Shown here piece after piece: positions 1 through 7,940 of a stretch of DNA of 64,000 nt. This stretch comes from a virus: the IMG/VR virus record IMGVR_UViG_3300027969_000074, positions 25,058 to 89,057 of that record. One strand, written 5' to 3'. Both the position numbers and the translations under genes were made by a program. The notes under the pieces are model-generated. The model did no database searches, was not told where the DNA came from, and was given only the letters and a program-made list of their open reading frames with translations. The first letter of the stretch is position 1; the number at the start of each line of letters is the position of its first letter.

Positions 1-80
1 TCCATTTGAGGTTCTTCGATAGCTACGGTAGCTTCGTCCATTACTAGTTCATCAGTAATTAATTCGTGTTGATTTTCCAT
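1..80 (-). CDS. Hypothetical protein, 5' part only (runs off window start)
   Basis: ATG at 80 (MENQHELITDELVMDEATVAIEEPQM...), open to position 1. A-rich leader and TAGTAAAAT motif at 106-114. Confidence 0.6.
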   Translation of the reverse strand, partial: MENQHELITDELVMDEATVAIEEPQM

Positions 81-131
81 TTTATATAAAATTTGTTGTT
101 TAGCTATTTTACTAAAAATGGTGAAGGAGTT

Positions 132-599
132 TTAGGAAATTCTATCTAAAATTATTAATTGTGCTCTAGATACCTTTGAATAGGCGTCTTTAACATCAAT
201 AAAGCCGGCCCAGTCTATTTCTTCTGGCTGTAATTGACTCTTTGGAATAGTCAATCCATCTAGTCCAATTTCAGAAAGCTCTGAGATTCTACAAATAAAA
301 TAATGAAGTGAGTTTTTATAGTCGCCGGCCTTATCAAAAACCTGAACAGTTTCAACAGCCGGCTCTAATTTATCAGGTGAGAGCCTAATTCCAGTTTCTT
401 CAAGAAGTTCTCTAAGCGCAGCATCAAGAATTTCTTCTCCAACTTCAATTTTGCCTTTTGGAATTCCCATAATTGGTTTGGTCCAACTGCCATTGGTTGG
501 ATGAACTAGTAGAATCTTTTTTTGATAAAGAATAGCTACACCAGCCGCATCTGAATATTTCTTTTTTTCTGCCAAGAAATTAGAAAATGTTTTAATCAT
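132..599 (-). CDS. Nudix hydrolase
   Basis: Intact Nudix box GKIEVGEEILDAALRELLEETGI (GX5EX7REUXEEXGU). N-terminus MIKTFSNFLAE resembles a T4 capsid-targeting sequence. Confidence 0.93.
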   Translation of the reverse strand: MIKTFSNFLAEKKKYSDAAGVAILYQKKILLVHPTNGSWTKPIMGIPKGKIEVGEEILDAALRELLEETGIRLSPDKLEPAVETVQVFDKAGDYKNSLHYFICRISELSEIGLDGLTIPKSQLQPEEIDWAGFIDVKDAYSKVSRAQLIILDRIS

Positions 600-777
600 T
601 GTTTAGAGATTGACGGTATTCCGCATTACGAATCTCTTCTCTACGTTTTATACTTGGTTTTATAAATTCCTTTCGTGAACGTAATTGCTTCACCGTACCA
701 GTTTTTTCAAATTTGCGTTTTAAAACTTTAAGAGCCCTGTCTAAAGTTCCATTTTCTTTTACATTTATAATTAGCAT
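592..777 (-). CDS. rpsU: Phage-encoded 30S ribosomal protein bS21
   Basis: 61 aa; LDRALKVLKRKFEKTGTVKQLRSRKEFIKPSIKRR is the bS21 signature. The MLII start and KFxKTG are typical of Bacteroidota bS21. Confidence 0.95.
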   Translation of the reverse strand: MLIINVKENGTLDRALKVLKRKFEKTGTVKQLRSRKEFIKPSIKRREEIRNAEYRQSLNND

Positions 778-783
778 GGGACT

Positions 784-792
784 ATTATACTA
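784..792 (-). promoter_or_regulatory. Putative class-2 promoter -10 element TAGTATAAT (also at 106-114, 7638-7646, 34611-34619, 63304-63312)
   Basis: Motif recurs upstream of non-structural genes and operons. Here it lies only 6 nt before the rpsU ATG and overlaps the upstream stop codon. Confidence 0.5.
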
Positions 793-1783
793 AAGATGTT
801 TTAATTGCAGCTAAACTAGCAGTGTATGAGGCTATGTCAAAGCGGTATTCCGCAAGCATATCTGCACTGTGCTGATTTCCTCTAACTCCAATGCACCATT
901 GAGCAAATTTTGCTTTATCAGTTACCGAAATATTGTTGGTTGCGCCGCTGCTTTTCAGGGTATAAAATATCCCGCCAGATGAAGCTCCGGCAATTGCATC
1001 ATACATTCGTTGCAACTGGCCTATTGTATATTTTGGGGAAATTAACATGTAAAGTCCATGAATTGCCTTTTCATCAGTCTGGCTGATTATTGATTCTTGA
1101 GTCTTTAAATTAATTACTTGAAGTATCATATTAACTTGAGCATCAGTTGCGGCAGATCCTGCAATTTTATTAACCTTTCCAATTGCATCGATTTGGGTTG
1201 GGCGATCACCTCCACTTAACGGATTTATCCATGGTGTAAAAATGTCTCCATCTCCGACTAAACATGGGCTAGTTGCATAATCGCCAATTCTACCATAAAA
1301 TCCACCCAATGCTTTACACTTATTGATTTGAGCATTAACCCAATCCATGTGAGCTTTATCCCAAGTCTTTCCAAATTTTTCAATAGATACGGTAATTAGT
1401 GCAGCAATAAATTCATTCATCTTACCCTTTGGGTCGTATGTTGAAAGCTTTTCAATATTAACCATTTGACCGGTTGCGGCAACTGCTGCACCGTCTACTG
1501 AAAGATCAACTTTACCGTTTGTAATTTTCCAATTAACTGTAACCATATCAGCACCATTATCGTGTTTAACCATTACCTTTCCGGTAGGTTGGTCAGCTTC
1601 ATGGCCAGCAACAACCGCAGTTTGAACTTGATTCCATTGAGCTGCATATGTGCCTCCGGCCTTTCCGCTTTTTATTTGCTCAAGGGCTTTGGTTGGATTA
1701 GCATCTGCTTCTAAAATTGCAGACTCGTTGATTTTATTATAGGTTGATAGCTCTAAGCCTCTCGCGTAATTTAAAATATTCAT
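785..1783 (-). CDS. Hypothetical protein, possible virion/internal head protein
   Basis: 332-aa ORF with N-terminal INE/ILE motifs (INESAILEA) like T4 gp21 prohead-protease sites. Confidence 0.55.
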   Translation of the reverse strand: MNILNYARGLELSTYNKINESAILEADANPTKALEQIKSGKAGGTYAAQWNQVQTAVVAGHEADQPTGKVMVKHDNGADMVTVNWKITNGKVDLSVDGAAVAATGQMVNIEKLSTYDPKGKMNEFIAALITVSIEKFGKTWDKAHMDWVNAQINKCKALGGFYGRIGDYATSPCLVGDGDIFTPWINPLSGGDRPTQIDAIGKVNKIAGSAATDAQVNMILQVINLKTQESIISQTDEKAIHGLYMLISPKYTIGQLQRMYDAIAGASSGGIFYTLKSSGATNNISVTDKAKFAQWCIGVRGNQHSADMLAEYRFDIASYTASLAAIKTSLV

Positions 1784-1798
1784 AAATAGATTTTATTT

Positions 1799-2911
1799 TT
1801 AAAATGTTAAGTTGCCCTTTTTAGTGGTTACCGTGGTTGCAGGTGCAACTTTATTTGTAGCTACTGAATTTGCAGTTTTTGCTTGATTAGCAGCTGGCGC
1901 TTTAACTGCAGCAGGCGCTTTAACTGCAGCAATTTGTTCAGGAGTTACATTCTTTAGGGCTGCATCTAATTTAGCAGCTATTTCTGGAGTAATTTCAGTA
2001 ATTGGAGTATTTGGAGTACCAACTAAAATTGCAATTGCTTTAGCTGTTCCACTTCCGTATTTACCAATAGCTCCGCCCTTATCATTAATTGCTTTGGCTG
2101 CTTCGGCATTTCCACTAGCAATAATTTTTTTCTGTAGATCTTGAATTTTTTGGTCAAAAGTTTGGGTTGCTTTTAATCCAGCTGAGGTGTTAGCCGTAGC
2201 GCTAGTTGAACTTGGCGTGGTTGTTGAACCTGGAGTTGTAGAGCTAGTTGAACTTGGAGTTGTAGCAGTTGTTGAACCCGGTACGGTTGCCACATTCGCT
2301 GAGCTAGTCTGTGCAGCATTTTTTTCAACATATGATGGGCTAACTAAATTTGATTCTATAGGTTTTCCATTTTTACCTAGCGCCATTATTCTTTTATTAT
2401 CATTAATAACTCTTAAATTAGGCAAATCTGTTTTATTCCAAGCAGCAAGTTCAACCGCTGAGCCTTCAACTGCAACACTTGCTCTATGTGGAACTTTTGT
2501 AACATCGTATGCAACCCACATTCCGCCAGATCCTTCGATTTGATCTGTCGCGTAAGGTAAAAAGGCAACCTGTGCTTTAAAAACAGTTTGTCCAATTAAA
2601 TTAGTTTTATTTTGAACGCCTAAATCAATAATAGCCAATAAATTATGATTTGGGATTTTAATTCCATCTTTAGTTTCATCAGCTGGGGCATTCCACCAAT
2701 TTTTAAAATCTGGGTCTTGGGCCAGTTCACGTAATATTGTATTAGATGGATTGGCTTCGTCAACTGATCCTTCTTTTCCACTACGTAATACTATATCCCA
2801 TCTTTTTAACTCGCCAGCCTCTGGTTTAGCAGTAGAAATCTTTGTAACTTCACGAGCTTCATCAATTACTGACGGTTTTTTAAATTCTTCAAATGTTTTA
2901 ACAAGGGTCAT
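1799..2911 (-). CDS. Putative virion protein with T/S/A-rich linker and peptidoglycan-binding-like domain
   Basis: Starts MTLVKTFEEF (CTS-like). IQDLQKKII...GKYGSGTAKAI resembles the PG_binding_1 pattern. Late motif at 2932-2939. Confidence 0.55.
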   Translation of the reverse strand: MTLVKTFEEFKKPSVIDEAREVTKISTAKPEAGELKRWDIVLRSGKEGSVDEANPSNTILRELAQDPDFKNWWNAPADETKDGIKIPNHNLLAIIDLGVQNKTNLIGQTVFKAQVAFLPYATDQIEGSGGMWVAYDVTKVPHRASVAVEGSAVELAAWNKTDLPNLRVINDNKRIMALGKNGKPIESNLVSPSYVEKNAAQTSSANVATVPGSTTATTPSSTSSTTPGSTTTPSSTSATANTSAGLKATQTFDQKIQDLQKKIIASGNAEAAKAINDKGGAIGKYGSGTAKAIAILVGTPNTPITEITPEIAAKLDAALKNVTPEQIAAVKAPAAVKAPAANQAKTANSVATNKVAPATTVTTKKGNLTF

Positions 2912-2938
2912 TTGTGTTTACTTATTTTTAGTTATTTA

Positions 2939-5314
2939 TTATGCAAAATTAAAAGTTTTAGTCCTAAATAAACCTTCATTAGTTGATTTACTTTGAGTCA
3001 ATTTTAATTCAGGAGGATTTGCATTTTTTATTGATTCAATTGCGATTTTTTCAGCAGCGTCTGCTTCTTCTTGAGTAACAGTACCGTCCTTAACTAATTG
3101 TTGCAAACTATCATGTACTCTTGAAGTATCTTCCATATTTAAACTAACCATACCTGTTTCAAAATCAAATACATCAGCAAAGGCTGCTCTAGTTGGAAGA
3201 TCTTGAGAATTTAGTGCATGTTGAGCATCAATTGAATCGTCTAATCCCATTGATCTTAAAATTTGTTTAGTATATTCAGTACTTTTCTTTTCAAACTCGG
3301 CTGCGGCTTTTGGATCATTTGCCATATTCGCAGTACCTCCAAGTAGAGCAGTTGAACCTGGGAAATTAGCACAATGGGCGCCGACCGTTGCTTTAACTAC
3401 GTCAGTTATTAAATTACAATCGGTTTTACCAGCCTTGGCGGTTGCAGTCTTTACGATCTCATCGTTTTTCTTAATTACTGCTTCTACTTCAGAAGAAGCG
3501 GCGGTTTTTTCTGGATTAATAAATTCAGCTTGAGCGGAAGCCGCTTGATTTGCAGCTGCATTATTTGCATCTACTGTAGAATCTCCAGTAGATACTGAAT
3601 CCTCTTCATTTAGAGCTGGCGATAATGCCGAACCTGCCAACTTAGTCGCTGAACTAGTTGCCATTTGCTTAATACACTCCAGGCTTCCATAGCGCTGGTA
3701 TGCAAGTCTTGAAATAAAATTAAGTAGCCTTTTTAGAAATATTCCTCTAGTTGCAAGCGCGCCGCCTGCTTTAGTTAGTTTAGCTAATACATAAACAGTA
3801 TCATCAAAGTTTTTAACACCTTGAATAAAAATTTCAGGTTTTGTTGCCCATGGAGTAAATGCTCTAACCTCAGCTTTTGATAAATTTTTAGCAACCGCTG
3901 GATCAGTCAGCATTGTTTTAAATACTTTGCGAATATCATCAGCCTTTGCGTCTTTTGCAAGTTGAGTAATATATTCGCCACTAGGTTTCCATCCATACTT
4001 ATTTGCAAAATATTCTGCTAATTTTGGATCCTTTTTAACAATTTGATCAATTGCATCAACTGATGCGCCAATTAATTCATTTTCAACCTTTGCCGCTTTT
4101 GCTACTTGTTGTAGAGATTCAGGTTGACCTGCAATTGAGGCCATGAATTTTTTATCTTGTTCAACAGCCTTTAGTAAATCAGCTGAATACCCTCCTTCTT
4201 TTGCATAAGCCGTAATTACAGCTGGATCAAAATCTTTATAGGCAGTTGAATTAAGAATAGCCTTTCCTTGTGGACTAGTTGCAGCATATTCAACTCCCTT
4301 TTTAGAAACTACGGTATCTGCTAATTTATCAGCGCCTTTTGCAATTTCCTTTTTAGTAGTTTCTTCACCTAACAACTTCGCAGCCGTTTCAAAATTACGA
4401 CCAAATATCTTAAGTTGAGCTTCAAGTCCAAGTCTTTCAAATGCCTGTACAGCTTTTACTCCGTATTTTCCAACAATTGGAACTAAATTAAATACTGTTT
4501 TTATAAAATTAGTAACAAATTTAAGTACGCCAACTGCAACTGTTCCAAAAAAGTTAGCAACTCCTTTAAGTAACGAAGCAATTATTCCAGAAATACTCTT
4601 ATCGCCTAGCGTTCTAATTCCGTTCTTTAGTGCAAGAACTGCTGGCCCAACTTCAGTTGCCGAACTTCCAGTCCTGCATAGAATTTTGGTTAATTTTTCA
4701 AGTAGACCAAGAACCGGCTTAGGTAAAAATTTAATAGTTTTTAAGAAATTTGAAGTTTTAGTAACATCGATTGCTGCGATTACGCTAAGTATCATTGATA
4801 CATATTCGCCCTTATATAAAGAAATGATAGCTGATAAGATATTTGCAACTACATCAATTGGAAATCCAGCCCAAGTAAATGGAACAATTCCAATTACATC
4901 TAGTACTAATCTTAGAATATTTAGACCCATTTCGGTTGGATCCGGATCCGCAACTAGGGCTTTTACAAAGTTCATAACTGAACTCATTACGCCTTCGTTA
5001 ATTAATTGGACAGTATGTAGGTATGATTCATTAAGTCGAAGCTTAATTGTATCGTATCCCTGTCTAACCAAAAAGTCCTCCTTTTTGATAATATCGTTAA
5101 TATCTTCAAAATTTTCAAGTAAAAAAACTTGATGCTCAAAGATTTCTTCTTCTGAATGGTTAGGCGTTCTAGGTTTACTTAATTTGCTAAAGTCAACTGC
5201 ATCTAGGGCAGTCCAAAAAGACTCAGGAATACTCTCAAAATATTGAATCAGTTTTTCATTAACTGGTTCAGCTCCGTGATTAAAGTACTGGTCTGCTGAA
5301 ATTACATATCTCAT
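2939..5314 (-). CDS. Large putative virion/ejection protein with pre-toxin-TG-like hydrophobic segment
   Basis: 791 aa; LVLDVIGIVP...IDVVANILSAIISLYKGEYVSMILSVIAAID segment; several [ILV]NE motifs; late motif at 5338-5345. Confidence 0.55.
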   Translation of the reverse strand: MRYVISADQYFNHGAEPVNEKLIQYFESIPESFWTALDAVDFSKLSKPRTPNHSEEEIFEHQVFLLENFEDINDIIKKEDFLVRQGYDTIKLRLNESYLHTVQLINEGVMSSVMNFVKALVADPDPTEMGLNILRLVLDVIGIVPFTWAGFPIDVVANILSAIISLYKGEYVSMILSVIAAIDVTKTSNFLKTIKFLPKPVLGLLEKLTKILCRTGSSATEVGPAVLALKNGIRTLGDKSISGIIASLLKGVANFFGTVAVGVLKFVTNFIKTVFNLVPIVGKYGVKAVQAFERLGLEAQLKIFGRNFETAAKLLGEETTKKEIAKGADKLADTVVSKKGVEYAATSPQGKAILNSTAYKDFDPAVITAYAKEGGYSADLLKAVEQDKKFMASIAGQPESLQQVAKAAKVENELIGASVDAIDQIVKKDPKLAEYFANKYGWKPSGEYITQLAKDAKADDIRKVFKTMLTDPAVAKNLSKAEVRAFTPWATKPEIFIQGVKNFDDTVYVLAKLTKAGGALATRGIFLKRLLNFISRLAYQRYGSLECIKQMATSSATKLAGSALSPALNEEDSVSTGDSTVDANNAAANQAASAQAEFINPEKTAASSEVEAVIKKNDEIVKTATAKAGKTDCNLITDVVKATVGAHCANFPGSTALLGGTANMANDPKAAAEFEKKSTEYTKQILRSMGLDDSIDAQHALNSQDLPTRAAFADVFDFETGMVSLNMEDTSRVHDSLQQLVKDGTVTQEEADAAEKIAIESIKNANPPELKLTQSKSTNEGLFRTKTFNFA

Positions 5315-5360
5315 TAGGTAGTAATGGTAATTTCTTATTATTTATTCGAGTGATCGGGTA

Positions 5361-6425
5361 TTAAAGTGAATCCGCAATCTGGCGTAATATTTTAAAATAG
5401 TCACCAGTTGAACAATCTGATAGAAATTTACAAATCTCAAAGAAATCATCAACTGTATCAAACGACATGGCTGGATGAAATCTTGGATCTTTATACGAAA
5501 CTGGAATTGTTCCAAATATAACAGATTCATAAACTCTAGCTGGAATGAACTTTTCTTTTAGATAGAGATCTTTGCTTACATTTATTGAAACTTGAGACAT
5601 TTGCATGTCTACCCAGATTGCTTCACGATTTCCTCTTGGGCAAAGAGCAACCCGGTTCATTGTATCAATCCAGCTTTCTAGCGTTGAGGTACTCTTTGCC
5701 GCAACTGTCATATTAAATGAACTTCCATCAAATTTACAGGTACTATCAATTGCAGAAATAATGTCATTAATTATTGGATTCTTGGAATGACCTTCTTTGT
5801 AATTATCAAATGATAGGTTTCCATAATATATTAAATGATTTAAAACTTTATTTGCATGGGCTTGGTGTACGTCTAAACATGCATTCATAAAGCCTTTACT
5901 ACAACCTGGAATTGTAATTGATGGAATCTCTATAGAAATGCCTAATTCATTTAATTTAACAAGAAACGCATGTGATAATGAAAGATCTGTATCTAATATA
6001 ACAATATCTGCTGCTTCATAACCTGACTCTAGCGCAATATAGATAATGGTTTCAAAATAAGCTGCATCCTTTAATTTCTTTTCAAGTGTGGAAAGATTAC
6101 GGAATCGAGCTTTTAAAAATAATTTTGAATATTCTTTATTTTTAATAGCCTCAAATACTGTGGATTGATGTAATCTATAGTTATCAATTAATTTATCTGC
6201 AAATTGATTAAATACTTTGCCCAATTGATCGTCTGGGAAGCTAGGTCGACTTGCGAGATTAACCATTCCAGTATCTAAATAATTTACAAAATCAAATTTA
6301 TCAATTTCATATTGATTAGCCAATTCATCTAATAAACCTAATTGATAAAATGTGTGTCCTGGAATATTTTCATTAAATATTCCTAGTTCGCCAAAATATG
6401 CATAGAGTGCTTTTTTCTTTTCCAT
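5361..6425 (-). CDS. GT-B fold glycosyltransferase, T4 beta-glucosyltransferase/CgeB-like
   Basis: LIYYGN and SINVSKDLYLKEKFIPARVYESVIFGTIPV resemble the C-terminal nucleotide-sugar-binding lobe of T4 BGT (KNYNDNFITLRVWE, recalled). Confidence 0.6.
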   Translation of the reverse strand: MEKKKALYAYFGELGIFNENIPGHTFYQLGLLDELANQYEIDKFDFVNYLDTGMVNLASRPSFPDDQLGKVFNQFADKLIDNYRLHQSTVFEAIKNKEYSKLFLKARFRNLSTLEKKLKDAAYFETIIYIALESGYEAADIVILDTDLSLSHAFLVKLNELGISIEIPSITIPGCSKGFMNACLDVHQAHANKVLNHLIYYGNLSFDNYKEGHSKNPIINDIISAIDSTCKFDGSSFNMTVAAKSTSTLESWIDTMNRVALCPRGNREAIWVDMQMSQVSINVSKDLYLKEKFIPARVYESVIFGTIPVSYKDPRFHPAMSFDTVDDFFEICKFLSDCSTGDYFKILRQIADSL

Positions 6426-6802
6426 AATACGTATTTTACTAGAACTCCGTCATTTGGTTCTATGTCAAGTCTATTATTGTAAAAAATATCCCAAGAATCT
6501 GCAGCATATTGACCAATTCCATATAGTTCCCTAGGATGTTTCCAATCGCGATCAATCCATTCAGTGCTAAATCGGATTAATGATTTGGCTCGACGATTAT
6601 AAAAACCAAGTGGACGAAGTAGTTCTGCTAATTCTTGAGGATCTGCCTGCGACATCATTGCCGCCGTTGGATACTTATCGAAGAGTTCAGATCTAATTCC
6701 GTCCACTTGTACTCGTCTAGTACAATTTAAGAGAATGCAACAAACTTGAGATTTCCATGGGTCACCATGATAAATCTCTTGAAGTAATTCAAATGGGCTC
6801 AT
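6383..6802 (-). CDS. MBD4-like HhH-GPD DNA glycosylase (stand-alone catalytic domain)
   Basis: SPFELLQE...DPWK...ILLN...FDKYP...ELLRPLG...ELYGIGQYAADS...EPND aligns motif by motif with the MBD4 glycosylase domain, including the catalytic Asp. Confidence 0.88.
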   Translation of the reverse strand: MSPFELLQEIYHGDPWKSQVCCILLNCTRRVQVDGIRSELFDKYPTAAMMSQADPQELAELLRPLGFYNRRAKSLIRFSTEWIDRDWKHPRELYGIGQYAADSWDIFYNNRLDIEPNDGVLVKYVLWKRKKHSMHILAN

Positions 6803-7615
6803 TTACACATTTTTAAAGCCGGCAAAATGAGTAATAAAATGCTTTCCATTTATTGTACGTGGATTAACAAATAATTGCCCAAAGTTTGCTCTAAAAATAT
6901 CAAGGATTTCAGTAAATTTAGCTGAGCGATTTTCCAATAACCAACTATAATGAAAATGGTATTCAACAATAAAAAGTCTGATTTGATCTAGGCTTTCTTG
7001 GTTTAGTGCCTTAATCATATCGTATTCTAATCCTTCAATGTCCATCTTGATGGCTGTGATACCCTTTTCTTTAATAATAGTGTTTATATTCTCAGCAGGT
7101 ACAGTCGTAACCTGACGACCTCTAATGTGATGCACACTGTGCTTTCCAGAGTCTTGAGATAGGTAAAATTCTACTTCAGACGAATCGTCTGCAACAATTG
7201 CCTTTTCAATAATTTCACAACGATCTTGAACGCCATTCATTTGAACATTTTGTTCTAGGAACTCCACGTTATTATGGAAAGGTTCATATGAATAGACTTT
7301 CTTTACTTTTGGAAATTGAGTTAGTAAACGAGTTGCAAAAATACCAATATGGCCTCCTGCGTCTAACCAAGTATCTTCATGATTTAGATCTTCAAGATTT
7401 AATGGACCTCCATTTTGCGCATAGTGCGGTATGAATAGAGGTTTAAAATATTCACCACCCGTAGGTTTAGTTGAAATATTTTGTGATACATTAAATTTGA
7501 TCTCTTCCTCAGACCTAACCAAAAATTGATAATCGTGATATTTGGTTTTCTTTTCAAAAACCTGAAGGGTTCCATTTTGTCGAGCCTCTTCAATCGAGCA
7601 TAATACGTCTGCCAT
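6803..7615 (-). CDS. FkbM-family SAM-dependent methyltransferase
   Basis: WLDAGGHIGIF, VYSYEP, IKMDIEGLE and VEYH motifs. Confidence 0.9.
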   Translation of the reverse strand: MADVLCSIEEARQNGTLQVFEKKTKYHDYQFLVRSEEEIKFNVSQNISTKPTGGEYFKPLFIPHYAQNGGPLNLEDLNHEDTWLDAGGHIGIFATRLLTQFPKVKKVYSYEPFHNNVEFLEQNVQMNGVQDRCEIIEKAIVADDSSEVEFYLSQDSGKHSVHHIRGRQVTTVPAENINTIIKEKGITAIKMDIEGLEYDMIKALNQESLDQIRLFIVEYHFHYSWLLENRSAKFTEILDIFRANFGQLFVNPRTINGKHFITHFAGFKNV

Positions 7616-7650
7616 TTATAAATGTTTATTTAGACTAATTATACTACAGT

Positions 7651-7875
7651 TTATAAGCTTTGGTCTACGTTAACGTCTTTTTGTTTAATTAAAAGTTCGT
7701 CTGGATTTTCAGGATTAGGGCCAGCAGTTTGATAATTGTCATATCGACTAGGCTCAGCCTTTTCAATCTCATCAGATTTGACTGATTGGACTTTATTATC
7801 AGAGCCCATAATCTTATAAGTTTTAGTAATAGGATCAACTCCAATAATTTTGGCAGTATGACCTGATTTTAACAT
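7651..7875 (-). CDS. Small SH3/KOW-like domain; probably the -1-frame extension (7651-7947) of the upstream scaffold-like gene
   Basis: The frame is open upstream to 7962 with no other ATG/GTG/TTG. The SH3-like pattern YITGQEVMLKSGHTAKIIGVD starts before the annotated ATG. Confidence 0.6.
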   Translation of the reverse strand: MLKSGHTAKIIGVDPITKTYKIMGSDNKVQSVKSDEIEKAEPSRYDNYQTAGPNPENPDELLIKQKDVNVDQSL

Positions 7876-7940
7876 GACCTCTTGGCCAGTTATGTATTTA
7901 GAAGAAGTAGCTGAAACTAAAGTAATATCTTCCGACTCAC

